From: the human T2T-CHM13v2.0 reference genome, Homo sapiens | Length of the DNA: 64,000 nucleotides | NCBI RefSeq assembly: GCF_009914755.1 | Contig: NC_060931.1 | Reading direction: 5' to 3' (one strand) | Shown: positions 29,293 through 44,298 of the stretch, piece by piece | Layout of the letters: each line of letters begins with the position of its first letter | Position numbering within the stretch: position 1 is the stretch's first letter | The notes under the pieces: model-generated | The model's input: the letters and a program-made list of their open reading frames with translations, nothing else | Databases searched by the model: none | What the model was told of the DNA's origin: nothing | Program-made: the position numbers and the translations under genes

Positions 29293-31453
29293 ATTAAATT
29301 GAATCTAGTGATAAATCCAGCTAGCAAATTGTTCTCTGCAAACTGAGCCCGTGAAGTCTTGTCATAGATTATTTAAATCTACAACTTGTATGAGCTGCAA
29401 AATAGATTGACAAAATCAGAAGCTGTCCTTTTTCTAGTCACTCTTCTTTGCCTTCTCTGAGTCTGCTTTTAGAATTTCACATGGCAGGTAGGCACTGCAA
29501 TATTCTGGGCCCAAAAATATTTTTCAGGAAACCAAGGTCGAAATATCAACCTGTCAGACGTTGTCTTAGGTTATTAGCCTGTCTGGTGGCTGCCTTGCAG
29601 AAGCTGGCTGGAAATCTGACCAGGTATGTGTTTCCCCCTTCTTTCCCTATATATTTCCTTTCTTTACCCAGCATATTTTCCTAGGATTATGATTCACATA
29701 TTTAAAATTAGAGCAGAAAAAGTGGGGGAAAGAGGTGATTTATGTTCTTTCCCCATTCCTAGCAATGTTTAGCCTCTGGAATCTAGATTAACAATGTGAT
29801 GTGCTGAGATCCTGAAGGAAAATGAAAGAGAGAGGAGGAAGAAAAGGAGGAGGATGAATTGAAGAAGATGGAGCTCACTGCAAATTATATTTCCAGTTCC
29901 CAGACTTAGAAGGACATTGCAACTGAAATTGCTTGTGCTTGTAAAATTCTATCATGCTCAAAGAACCTCTTTTTATAGATGAAATCAGGTTTAACAGACG
30001 AATGTTGTGCCTCAAATTAATTAGAATAAATTCGTTCCCTAATGAAATATACCATCAACCATGAAAAAAAAAACCTAAAGGGTAAGAAGTATTAATGTGT
30101 CGATTAAGAGGAATGATGATAAGGATGTCAGTTTATGGAAAGTAACGCTGTGTCTATATACACAGATGGCTTTGAAAGACATAGACTCTTCCAACACTTG
30201 GATCACAACCAACCAGTTACAAACTGCTTGGTTGCTTGACTGAATTCAGCTGGTTTGTTTTGAAAATAACCCACACTCTGCCTAACATCATCACTTTCCA
30301 AACCACTTTGCTGGGTGCTAGCTTCACGTGTCTGCCTAAGCTCAAACTGTTGATGGATGACACTTGGGAATTGGCTGAAGAAGAGAGTTAACAGAACGTC
30401 CTGAAATCAGGAGAGAACTAAACAAGAGCTGTGGCAGAAAGCCAGCTTCAGTCGAAGAGAGATACCAAACCGAGACAGTGGAAGTGTCAGAAAGAAAAAT
30501 GGGTGATTCTAGAAAATTCCATCCTAAAACATGTCAAGGGAGCTGGGTTTTTCCTAGGCACCAGTGCTCAGGGGGCAATCCTTGAAAACAGGAAGAAGGA
30601 ACCAGCTTGGTGATCTGGTCTTTCCATACGGGAATTTAGCGAGATGGGATAGTCAATGACACCTTGGCACTCTCCCCGACGTGGAATGTCATTCTTATTT
30701 TCATAATCCAGAAGTTTTTAAGAACAGAACTGTTGATGTACTGCTCAACTGACTTTTAGTTAGTTCCAAGAGAAAGATGGAGAAGTCCACAGAGAGCCGG
30801 CTCTTATTCTAAACAGCTGGGATGGAGTTGGAATGACATGAATGTAGACATTCACTTCTAGCATCTCACAGTATTCACACAGCTCCAGAGAAAGGCAGGG
30901 GGACTAATTCCTTTCTAATTAGTCACAGAAGCTTTTGATAAGAGCCCCAAGAGGTCCATGGCCCCAAATATCACTTGACACATGAGCACGTGAGTCGCTA
31001 AATGCATCCTGGATGAGATGGATAGGTGGTGCCAAGTCCTAAATCTCCTATGGGGTTTCCTTTGACAGCCCACTCTTATGATTTAGGGCACCATCGGTGG
31101 CCCTGGTTTGATTCATCACTTGGTAATTCATCTTCCCCAACAAGCTATGGTTCCTGTTTTGTAACGCCCTTCCATTCTTCTCCTTTGAAGAGAGACAGAA
31201 ACAGTGATAAAAGGCAGGCTTTGGAACAGAATTCTAGATTTTTCCTTCCAGAATTAGCCCTCGATAAAAAGAAGAAACAAACAGACAACGAAATCAACTT
31301 AAAGAAAGACTGTACCTATAGACAAAACAATGACCATTTACATCAAATATGCCACCTGCATTATTTCACGTGTTTGTATAAGTCCCCTGACCAGCCATAG
31401 CAACATATGAACAAGTGAGTGGATTTTTCCATCTGAACATTCTGACTACTTAA

Positions 31454-32168
<715 letters not shown>

Positions 32169-33143
32169 TGAATTTTGTTATGTATTATCTGCTTTGGCAT
32201 TTGTAAGTCCCTACACTTCTTGCTTTTACAACATCTGTAAGCAATACTTACCGTGCTTTTATTATAGAAGCAATGTATATGCATTATAGTGAGCTTAGAA
32301 AAATAACATTTCAGGCTAATATAAAGAAAAAATGCTTAGTATACTACTATTACTGTATAATAGAAATAATCATCATTTACAACTTGTTAAATTTTGTACA
32401 TTTACATATAACATACATATTAGATAAAATGTTTAAATATTAGGGTCATCTAATCTAAGGGTAACATAGTAACATGTTGCTTTTCTCTGTAAACTACCCT
32501 CATACTCTAGTCAGCCCTAATCAGCCTGTAATAAACTCTATCAGTCTGAAGGGAGTTTATTAGCGAAATAAAGCATAAAGGACACTGAAGTAAAATTCAG
32601 CTTTTGAAATTCAAAAATGGGATTCTGCATCAGACAGTACCTTGCAACCCGAGGCATGTTCTGAAGAAAGGTTTGTCTAAATCTCATAATCTCCCCTACC
32701 CTAACACAACCCAAGCCAACTATTTTTATCATTTAGATTGCAGGTTTTTATTTAAGAGACATACAGATGGAAAGAGGAAAGGGGAAATCTCACCCTCTAA
32801 TATAGATGTGCCAATTTTCCCCTCTCCAGCCTGAGAAGGGCAGCTATACAGATGAATGAAGGTGTTACAGGAGGCAGATATATGGATAAATGAAGGTATT
32901 ACAGAGTGCAAAGGAGACCCCAGACTACATTTGCCATCTACGACTCTACTTCTGAGTTTTGCCTCTCATGTTTCCCCAGCACCATCTTGGGGTGCAGTCA
33001 CATGAATCTCGCTGCAGAGTATCAGTCAGACAGGGAGACACCCTGAGATTTGGCTCTCCGGAGCTGTCCTGGGTTCCCAGGTAGCAAGGATATGCAGTAG
33101 AGAGCCAGATGGGCTGCCCAGGGGTATGAAAGAGCAGGGTGGG

Positions 33144-33721
33144 TATATTAGTCTGTTCTCATGCTGCTATAAGGACATACCTGAGACTGGGTAATTTATA
33201 AAGAAAAGAAGTTTAATTGACTCATAGTCCCGCATGGCTAGGGAGGCCTAAGATGTTTAGATCCACAGATTTTAAACTTGGCTAAGTTTTTATTCATGTT
33301 TGAAGGTAGAAGCAAAATATTATAGAAAATGTAAGGATCTAGGAAATTTACCAACTACTTGCTCTTTGTGGGAAAAAATGGTTTTGGAAGACATTGTCTA
33401 ACTGACCTAGAGCTAAATCAATATTATGAACTCATAAAAGTCAGTGCTCTGACATGCTTTGTATATAAAAATGAAACTTAACAATCATAGTCAAAGGCAC
33501 CTCTTCACAGGGTGGCAGGAGAGAGAATGGATGCTGAGCAAAGGGGGAAGTCCCTTATAAAACCATCAGCTCTCATGGGAACTCACTCACTATCACAAGA
33601 CCAGCATCAGGAAAACTGCCTCCGTGATTCAATTATCTCCACCTGGTCTTGCCCTTGACACATGGGGATTACTACAATTCAAGGTGAGATTTGGGTGGAG
33701 ACACAGAGCCAAACCATATCA
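33144..33721 (-). mobile_element. THE1 solo LTR carrying a 225-bp foreign insert
   Basis: tatattagtc...ccatatca termini; 5-bp TSD gtggg on both sides. Confidence 0.9.
33250..33474 (-). repeat. Inverted copy of 34096-34628 (without its Alu)
   Basis: aatgtaaggatctaggaaatttaccaactacttgctctttgtggg and gacctagagctaaatcaatattatgaactcataa are reverse complements of 34440-34550. Confidence 0.92.
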
Positions 33722-33799
33722 GTGGGCCTTCTGCAGAGCTGAGATGGGCCCCCAGGTCAGCAGCCTGGATGAAGGATGAGGCAGAAGTTCCAGGATCAT

Positions 33800-34426
<627 letters not shown>

Positions 34427-34704
34427 GAGCACTGACATTTATGAGTTCATAATATTGATTTAGCTCTAGGTCAATCAGACAATGTCTTCCAAAACAATTT
34501 TTGTTCCCACAAAGAGCAAGTAGTTGGTAAATTTCCTAGATCCTTACATTTTCTAGAATATTTTGCTTCTACCTTCAACCACAAATAAAAATTCAGGCAA
34601 GTTTAAAATTCAAGGATCTAAACATCTTTCCTGTAAAACCTGGGGTGAAAGTGATTATTTTCCTGCCTAGATATTCCTAGATATTTGCAAACTCTTGTAT
34701 GGCT

Positions 34705-35055
<351 letters not shown>

Positions 35056-35070
35056 TAATTGCTAGAATAT

Positions 35071-35072
<2 letters not shown>

Positions 35073-35102
<30 letters not shown>
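35073..35102. repeat. (GT)n microsatellite
   Basis: Direct reading. Confidence 0.95.
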
Positions 35103-35105
<3 letters not shown>

Positions 35106-35812
35106 CTGTAATATAACAAACCATTTCGATCTTTAAATTCAGATATTTTTCCAGATTCATATAGATTAATCCTTAAACATACTTTTTTACATTTTCTTCC
35201 ATTTGTCCTGTTTCTTTCCTCAGAAATCTCTATCATTCTTAAGGTTTCTGTATGTATGATCCATATCTGCCTAATTCTTCTGGCTTTTATCTCTTAGTTT
35301 TTTTTCTCCTGAACTCTGAGAGCTTCTCAAGTTTGTCTTCTATGTCATTGTGTTTTTTTATCTTAATACCGTATATCAGTTTCCTTGATTTCTTCTGTTA
35401 ATTTCTCTTTCTTCCTGTTTGTCTCAGCTTGCTAAATCTGAATCTCATCCTGTTAAACCCTTCACCTCTTCCACTTCCTTCTTATGATTTTGCTTCCTCT
35501 TTGATCAAGGCAGTCTTCCTGCAACTATTGTGGTCACCAAACTGTTTTCGAAAAGGTTGTCTTTGTTCTTTCAGTAAATATTTCCAGAACTATATTTTTC
35601 TACTTAGTATACCAAGAGCTTCTGCCCTTTCCTTATTCTTCAGCATTTTTTTCACCTAGCCTATGTGAATTATTCTTTAATGTTCTCATCTTGAAAATAG
35701 GAAAGCATACCTATATTTGGAGTTCTCAAGAGATTTCATGTGAACGTCTTTGGGCTCTACTCACAAGTCCCATAAGTGCCAGGATGTCCCCTTTTCTTTA
35801 GATCAGAATGAC

Positions 35813-36003
35813 TTGAATGAGGTTCCCTCAATCAGTGGCTACTTTTACATCGTTTAGCCTACTGATTTAATATATTGAGTCCCTGCGTGATGCAAAACGT
35901 TGGAAGCTACTTTGAGGTTATAGTTCTTAAGAATAATTATAACAGTAGTAGTAAGAAGACTCTCCCTTAGAAAGCCCCTTGACATCATCTTAGGTGATCT
36001 TTA
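35813..36003 (+). repeat. Direct duplicate of 40004-40195
   Basis: tggctacttttacat...ttggaagctactttgaggttata...ttataacagtagtagtaa...aaagccccttgacat shared. Confidence 0.9.
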
Positions 36004-36101
36004 CCTAGGTTTAGATCAGAGAAGGGGATGTCCTGGCCCTTATGGGGCTTGTGAATGCCTAAATGATCCCAGTTCATTCTTAAGGATCTTACATACATTC
36101 A

Positions 36102-36584
<483 letters not shown>

Positions 36585-37241
36585 TCATGTAAGAGTTCAA
36601 GAGCTCCTGAACAAGAAGCAGCTCTCCTCCATGCAGTGATTCTGGGACTCAAGTTCCTTGAGTCTCCATCCAGAAGACGGAGGAAAGGAAAGAGAACAAG
36701 GAGGAGACACACTCTCCTCTCAAAAGTCTTGGTCTAGGATGAGCACAAATCACTTCCACTCACATTTCATTGGAAATAACTAAATCATGACCATATTCAG
36801 CTTTGAGAGAAGTCTAGCTACGTGTTTAGAAAAAGGAAAAGGAGACTGATGTGGGTGAACAAGTCTGCCACAACATTAGAAACTATCACCACCAGTACAT
36901 ACTGCTATGCATATTTTTCCTGCCTTCTCCCCTGGTCACCATTATTTTTCTTGGTTGTAAAAAATATAACTCTCAAATTCATCTACTATGGCTCCTGTGG
37001 CTCCTTCTCTTCCTGGCTATTTTGAGTAAGATGGCCCATCCATCCCAACCTCAGCCCCTGGGGTGCAAATTCTAAAACCAGCCCAGGGAGCCTCAGATCA
37101 TACTAGAAATTAATCAGAGAAAATGACAAGGAGAGGAGGAAGTGGCCAACGTAAGCTAATTCCTCTTCTCTGCTTGTTTCAGAAGACTCATATTTTCTCT
37201 GGCAACAGACGCAAAACAAAGCAAGTCAACACACCCCCAAC

Positions 37242-37427
37242 TCAACAGTTCTCAACGTGTGGTCCTCGGGTCAGAGCCTTAGCCTCATCTGTGTACTTAT
37301 TAGAAATGCAAATTTTCAGGCTCCACTCCTGACCTGTTGAATTAGAAACTCGGGAATAAGGCTCAGCAATCTGTTTGAACAAGCCCTTCAGGTGATTCTG
37401 TTATACACTAAAGTTGGAGAACCACTA
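37242..37427. mobile_element. MER5A (hAT-Charlie)
   Basis: gttctcaacgtgtggtcc...ttagaaatgcaaattttcagg...aaagttggagaaccact. Confidence 0.8.
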
Positions 37428-37785
37428 CTCTAAATAAAGCATGGCTGTGACCCGGGCCCTAGCAAGGAACCCTATGTGAACTAGCAGCAGTTTATTTTCA
37501 TTGTAAGCACAACATGTAAGAGGAATGAAATTCTAATCTTATGAAACTGAAAGTACAGAATGATGATAGTAAAACTCAAAGCTCTATTCCGACTTATGAG
37601 GGAAACTTTTAAAATTAAAGTCTTCATTAAATAGGAAGATTTCATCACTCACAAATGGTTGCTTGTTTTCCTTAAGGCTAGTTATCCCATGCCCTGTGCT
37701 AAATCAACATGACCATTGGTGATAAACACAGAGACATAAAATATCTGATGTGAAAGGAATTTCGGTGACCATCAAGTCAATCCCC

Positions 37786-38095
37786 TTTATTTTATTTTAT
37801 TTATTTATTTATTTTGAGATGGAGTCTCGCTCACTCTCCCAGACTGGAGTGCTGTGGTGCGATCTCAGCTCATGGCAACCTCCACCTCCTGTGTTCAAAC
37901 ATTCCCCTGCCTCAGCCTTCCAAGAAACTGGGATTACAGGTGTGCACCACCACCATGCCCAGCTACTTTTTGAATTTTCAGTAGACACAGGGTTTCACCA
38001 TGTTGGCCAGTCTGGTCTCGAACTCCTCACGTGATCCACCTGCCTCGGCCTCCCAAAATGCTGAGATTACAGGCCTAAGCCACCACGCCTGGCCA
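37786..38095 (-). mobile_element. AluS
   Basis: TSD atcccctttattt / atcctctttattt. Confidence 0.95.
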
Positions 38096-38760
38096 GATCC
38101 TCTTTATTTCAGAAACTGGAAAACTGAGGTCCAGGAAGAGTAAGTGGATTTTCCAAGGTCCCTCCCTCTGGGTGCAGGGAGAGCCAGAACTAGTGCCCAA
38201 AACTCCTGATTCTGAACCCAAGCACTCATTCTGCCTACATCATCTCATGCAATCATGTTTGTGAAATCCTCTGAAACATACAAAGTGCAAAGTGGTTGCA
38301 TTCTATTAATATCAAATTGGGTTGGGATAATTTGAATTCCAAATCTTAAAGAGCCAAAGTTAAACGTGTGTGCAAATTTGTTCTCTAAGCCCTGTCCAAA
38401 CGCAAATAAAAAATGAATGAACAGTATCGTCATAGAATTATAGAGCACTTTGGAGCATTAATGTTGATATTAAGAAATGTAGTGGAAAAGCATCAGGCAG
38501 TACGCTCTGATATCTCCTTTTCACGTTTTCCTCTAAAATGCCTGTGGTATCATAGAGATTTCAGATACATTTCCACCAACTGTAAGACCAATGGGCCTGA
38601 ATAGGGAACAGGAATCTGTGGGTTCTATAGACCTCATTTCACAAAGAAACGCATTGTAAAAGAAAGCGGGAAACGTGATTTTTCTCTCACTGTCCCAAGA
38701 AACTAGAACAAAAGCAACAAGAAATCTGGATCGCACAGATGGTACATAAAACACTCTTAC

Positions 38761-38905
38761 CTGCCACTTTCCCCTGCCTCAGTCTTCCCACATCATTTCA
38801 ACAACCCTTCAGAGACAGCGCCTCCTAGGAACCCACTGGCTGACCTGATCAGAGACGTTCAGTTTCCGAATGCAGTAAGAGCCAGAGTCATGCGCTGTGG
38901 CAGAG
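38761..38905 (-). other. Candidate minus-strand non-coding exon
   Basis: Strong CAG|gtaaga donor; moderate acceptor ctctccatctctgacatgttctag. Confidence 0.25.
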
Positions 38906-39171
38906 CTAGAACATGTCAGAGATGGAGAGCAAGCGAGGCAGTAATGGGCTTGTGTCCCAGGTCACTGATAAATGGAGTTGGGTGACCCTGAGTTGGTTTT
39001 ATAGGTGGTCTTGCTGCCTAGTACCCCGTTGGCTCAGACAGGGCTGTAATAGCCTCGGGAACCCTGTTTACCTTGCAGTTGCCTTTCCCCAGGAGCGGTG
39101 TTCCGTCCCGTTTATTTTTTAGGGTGTGAGCTAAAATAGTCATCTCCCTGCTCTGACTTGGGAATCTTTTC

Positions 39172-39484
39172 CTTTTTTTTTTTTTTTTTTTTTTTTTTTT
39201 GAGACAGAGTCTCACTCTGTCGCCCAGGCTGGAGTGCAGTGGCGCCATCTCTCCGCTTACTGCAAGCTCCGCCTCCCAGGTTCACGCCATTCTCCTGCCT
39301 CAGCCTCCTGAGTAGCTGGAACTACAGGCGCCCGCCACCACGCCCAGCTAATTTTTTGTATTTTTAGTAGAGACGGGGTTTCACCATGTTAGTCAGGATG
39401 GTCTGGATCTCCTGACCTCATGATCCACCCGCCTCGGCCTCCCAAAGTGCTGGGATTACAGGCGTGAGCCATCACGCCCGGCCG
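39172..39484 (-). mobile_element. AluY
   Basis: CpG-rich with a long T tail; TSD gggaatc. Confidence 0.95.
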
Positions 39485-39491
39485 GGAATCA

Positions 39492-39950
39492 TTTTTTAAT
39501 AGCTTTATTTATATATAATTCACATACCATACAATTCATCCATTGAAATTGTACATTTCAATGGTGTTTAGTATATTCACAGATCTGTGCAACCATAGCC
39601 ACAATTTTAGAACTATTTCATCACCTTTAAAAGAAACCCTATGCTCTTTCACTATCACCTTTCTATTCCCACATCCTTCCCAGCTTTAAGCAACCACTAA
39701 TTTACTTTATCCATAGATTTCCTTGTTATGAACATAATATGAATGGAGTCATATAGCATGTGGTCTTTTTTGATTGGCTTCTTTCACTCGGCATAGCGTT
39801 TGTATGAGTCATTCATGTCGTAATAGGTACCAGTGCGTCATTCCTTTTCATTGCTGAATACTATTCCACTGTATGAATTTAACTGCATTTTATGTATCCA
39901 TTCTTCAGCTGATGAACATTTGGGTGGTTTCCGCCTTTTTTCCATTATGA
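39492..39950 (-). mobile_element. L1M 3' fragment
   Basis: tagctttattatatataattcacatacc...gatgaacatttgggtggtttcc. Confidence 0.8.
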
Positions 39951-40003
39951 ATCATAGAACTGGAATCTTAGAATTGTCATCCAGTCTAAGGGAAAAAAAA
40001 TTT

Positions 40004-40195
40004 TTGAATTAGGTAATTTCCTTAATAACTGGCTACTTTTACATTATTTAGCCTATTGATTTAATGTATTGAGCCCCTGCAAAATGTAAAACACATTGGA
40101 AGCTACTTTGAGGTTATAATTCTTAAGAATATTTATAACAGTAGTAGTAATGTCTCTCTTACAAAGCCCCTTGACATTATTTTAGATAATCTCTA
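40004..40195 (+). repeat. Direct duplicate of 35813-36003 (probable donor)
   Basis: See partner; runs on into MIR-like sequence. Confidence 0.9.
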
Positions 40196-42349
40196 TAACA
40201 CTACAAATCTGATATTACCAGTCCCCTTTCATAGAAGACATAAACTCTGATAATTCAGGATCACTAGAAGACAGTTTGGAAGACTTCTAGTCCAGTCTCT
40301 TGGAACGATATATTTTCATATCATTTTCATAGGAAAGAAATCCTTTTAGAACCATTTTCCATAACAAGGCTTTTACAGTCCTAGGTTCTGAAGACAAGCC
40401 TATTTCCCCTACTCTAAATTCCATATCTCTTTTTCTACCTTGTAAAACATCACCTTTTGCCTTTTATCATCACATCTGGGTTTAGGGTTATTCTCTTTGC
40501 CGGTAGTCCATAGGAGAAAGATTGCATCAGAAGTCCTCTGAGACGGCTGCTAGCCCTAAAGGTTCTGTAGCATTTTATTCACAGATGTGGAATGATTCCA
40601 CCATTAAAACAGTGCCCGTGGCCTTCCTATCAGTGGTTCCTTTCTGTGAGTCTGCGTAAACTCAATAGAAATGCTGGCCATGTGGACTCCTGCTGGGTGG
40701 ACCTGGAATCACAGGAAGCCAGAGTCTTGGGTGGGTCAATGCCAGGGAGGGTCATGTGTTTGCTACAGGAATAATATCATGAGGAAGGGAGACTCCCACC
40801 AGAGCAGGGAATGAGTGAGAACTCAGAAGGCAAAGAGATGAGTCAGAGGCTGGAAATGGAAAGAAACATAAGATGAGTTAGGCCTGTAGATGAATCAAGG
40901 TAACTGAAGTCTTAGTTATGTTGTATCTTCGTGTCTTTCTGGAAAGCAGAGTTGTCTAACAACCTAAATGTCCATCAGTTGTGACAAATTAAACTATGGT
41001 AAATCCACACTCTCAGTTCTTTAAACAGTGGTAGAAAGCTACACATTTTTCTGGGAAGATATTCGTGGTATGGTATTGAGTAAAAACAGGTTATGAAACA
41101 CCATGAATATTATGTCATTCATGTAAAAATGTGTGTGTATGAATATATGTGTATATGATTATGTGTGTGTATATGTGTATGTAATTATGTGTGTGTATCT
41201 GTGCACTTGTGTATATAATTTTATGTCTCTAAGTAGAAATGCACATAAAGAGATCGCTGGCAGCTTAAATGAATATTTACCAAAATTAAAATTGCTCTCA
41301 GAATAAGAGGATTTTCTGGTGATTTTTTTACTTTTCATTTAGCACTTTCTATATTATTTTGCTACTATCTTCTCCTTAAAACTTACTAAATGCTCAAAAT
41401 CTACAGTCTACTTTAAGATAATACTATTGACCAGATATTCACTATTTGCTAGTTACATGCATTATCTTGGCAGGACTTCACAGCAATTCTCAGAAGTAAA
41501 ATATTATTATTTTTTGAATGAGGCAAGCAGGACTTTAGAATGTTGAGAAATTGATCCACAGTCACATAGCAAGCAAATGACAGAGCTGGAACAGTAATGT
41601 CAGACTAACTCCACAGTAGACGCCCTCAATCACTGTACCGTACTACGATAAAGAATACAAGAAATACAGGCCTTCTCTAGTAAGGACCATGACAATCCAT
41701 GAGCATCATTTCCCATGTTACTTCTTCTCCAGGGACACAGTGAGAAGATTATTAAGAACTCGAATCAGCCTTGACAAGGAAGGTTCAGCACTCACAAACC
41801 TATTCAAAATTGAGTGATTTAATCCTCTTCATATACCAATGTGATGATTACTTTTATGTGTCAACTTGACTGGGCTAAGGGATGCCCAGATGGCTAGTAA
41901 AACATTATTTCCGGGTTCATCTATGAAGATGTTTCTGGAAGAGATTAGGATTTGAGTCAGTATCAGACCGAGTAAAGAAGATTGGCCCTCACCAATGTGG
42001 AAGGACACCATCTAATCCATTGAGGGCCTGAATGGTACAAAAAGGTAGAGAAAGGGCAAATTAACACTTTCTTTTTGAGCTGAGACATCAATCTTCTGCT
42101 TTCAGACATCAGAGCTCTGGGTTCTTGGGCCTTTGAACTCTAGGACTTACAGCAGCGGCACCCCCAGTTCTCAGGCCTTCAGATTTAAACCAGGAGTTAA
42201 CATCATCAGCTCCCCTGATTCTCAGGTCTTCAGGCTTAGACTGAATTACGCCACGGGCTTTCCTGGGTCTCCAGGTTGCAGGTGGCAGATGGTGGAACTT
42301 CTCAGGCTCCATAATCCTGTGAGCCAATTCCCAAGATAAATCTCCTCTC

Positions 42350-42810
42350 ATACATAAATATACACACATTACATAGACATTATATATTACATATTATATA
42401 TGCAGTATAGATTATATATACATTATATATTACATAGAATATATACACTACATATCATATAATACAATATATACATTGCATACTATATATGTGTTATATA
42501 TCCTATATATGTATTATATATACATTATTGCTTTTATTATGCTATATGTATTATATCTATATAACATATATAGAATATATAATACATATATAGAATATAT
42601 AATTATTATATTTTCTACATTTATATTATATATAATTATATATTATGTTATATATAATTATATAGCTATTATATAATTATATTTTCTAGTACATTATTAT
42701 ATCTATATAATATATATTATATATACAAGGTATATATTATATCCACATTATATACGTTATATATAATATTATATATAATCTAGCTAACATAGATATATCT
42801 ATAGATATAC
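42350..42810. repeat. Degenerate (TA)n low-complexity tract
   Basis: Direct reading. Confidence 0.9.
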
Positions 42811-42814
42811 TGTA

Positions 42815-42894
42815 TTAGGTTGGTGCAAAAGTAATTGCAGTTTTTAACATTGAAAGTAATGGCAAAAACCGCAATAACTTTTGCACCAACTTAA
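42815..42894. mobile_element. Intact 80-bp MADE1 MITE (miR-548-type hairpin)
   Basis: ttaggttggtgcaaaagtaattgc...gcaataacttttgcaccaacttaa with TA on both sides. Confidence 0.95.
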
Positions 42895-42959
42895 TAAATA
42901 TATATACATATATATATATGTACATATCCTGGAGTCCAAAGTCCTTGAGTCCTGGAGCC

Positions 42960-43256
42960 CCAAAACACCTAGGGCCACCCCGATTGAGGATGCTCAGGCC
43001 ATGTGGAGATTCCCTCACTGAAAGTCAGAGTAACCGCCACACTTGAGCGAAGACATCTCTGTGTGAATTTAGCCTCCAGATGACAAACCAACCCCAGCTA
43101 CTGAGTCTCTCCATCTGAGGCCCAGACTCCACCTGTCAAAGTCCAGCTATCCTTGTCTAATTCCTAGCCCATGGAATCCATGAGCATAATAAAATGGTTG
43201 TTTTATGTCACCAAGTTTTGGAGGGTCCACTGTGCAGCAACAGTAAACCAGAACAG
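42960..43256 (+). mobile_element. MLT1 (G/H-like) LTR 3' part
   Basis: ccatgagcataataaaatggttgttttatg...gcaacagtaaaccagaaca. Confidence 0.7.
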
Positions 43257-43547
43257 ATACGCATGCCTCCAGCCCCAACTCCATCTCCTTCCTTCAATAG
43301 CTGGTCCATTTCACTGAATTCTTAATAGTTGGATTTCAGCCTTGGGGGTTATTTGGACAGGAGTTATTGACTGCAATCTCTTTCTCCATAAAGCTCAGAC
43401 AAGTTGCAAGCTCCCTGAAGGCAGGAATGAGTTTGTCATTTTAACAATTATAGCTCAACACCAGCCACAGTGCCTGGAGCATAGGAACAGGCCGTTTCAG
43501 TTATCTATCACATTCTTGAAGCCATCCCAAAGCTTAGTGACTTAACA

Positions 43548-43774
43548 CAGGGGTCAGCAAATTATTGTCCACAGGCAAGTCCAGCCTGCCAGCTCTGTTT
43601 CTAAATAAAGTCTGATGGGAACACAGCCAGACTCATTCATTTACATATTGTCTATAGCTGCCTTCACTCTACAGTGGCAGAAGTGAGTAGTTACAACAGG
43701 AACCATAAAGCCCTCCTGCGTAGCCTAAAATATTTACTATCTGGCCCTTTACAGAAAATGTTTATTGGTCCCTG
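43548..43774. mobile_element. MER58A nested in an old MLT1 LTR (about 43495-44478)
   Basis: caggggtcagcaaa...ggtccctg; TSD acttaaca / gctcaaca. Confidence 0.85.
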
Positions 43775-44149
43775 GCTCAACACAACAATAATTTATTATT
43801 TTTACAACTTCTGTGGTTGGCTGGGATCAGCTGAGCAGGCTTTTCCCCTCTGCACGGTGACTAATGAGATTGCATTTATCTGAGAGCTTGGCTGGTGCTA
43901 AGACATTAAGGGTGGTCTCCCTCACATGACTGGGGCCTTGGTGCTGTTGGCTGGGACATCTTGCTGGTGCATCTCAAATCTCTTCCACTTAGCCTTCCAT
44001 TCTCTGTCTCTCTTCTCTCTCTCTGTCACTCACTTCTCATCATTCATTAACTCATCTCAAGTTTTCCTAGTAAAGCCTCCAAGAAAGAAAGCAAAAGCAG
44101 AAGCTACCAACCCTCTTTAGATCACGCCCAGGATTGCTTGAGGATAACT

Positions 44150-44298
44150 TGAGCCCAGGAGCTCAAGACCAGCCTGGGCAATATAGCAAGACTCCAGTGC
44201 TATGAAAAATAGTTAAAAAAAAAATTAGCCAGGCATAGTGGTGTACGCCTGTAGTCCCAGCTACTTGGGAGGCTGAGGTGGGAGGATCACTTGAACCC
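44150..44298 (+). mobile_element. Alu internal fragment
   Basis: Left-arm end, linker and right-arm start. Confidence 0.85.

Larger units (their letters stand above)
26946..29467. repeat. Complex inverted duplication A-(AD)rc-D
   Basis: 26946-27242 is the reverse complement of 28035-28331; 27274-28034 is the reverse complement of 28381-29467 once later inserts are removed. Confidence 0.93.
23464..29623 (+). pseudogene. Candidate decayed multi-exon gene (exon-like segments 23464-23606, 23680-23766, 25183-25299, 25933-25982, 26107-26158, 26713-26821, 27027-27190, 29528-29623)
   Basis: GT-AG junctions with compatible phases 2,2,2,1,2,0,2; about 270 codons, six stops, no frameshift needed; sites picked by eye and no homologue recognised. 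Confidence 0.4.
41840..42927 (+). mobile_element. MLT2 (ERVL) LTR with expanded TA-rich interior
   Basis: tgtgatgattacttttatgtgtcaacttgactgggctaagggatgcccaga start. Confidence 0.85.
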
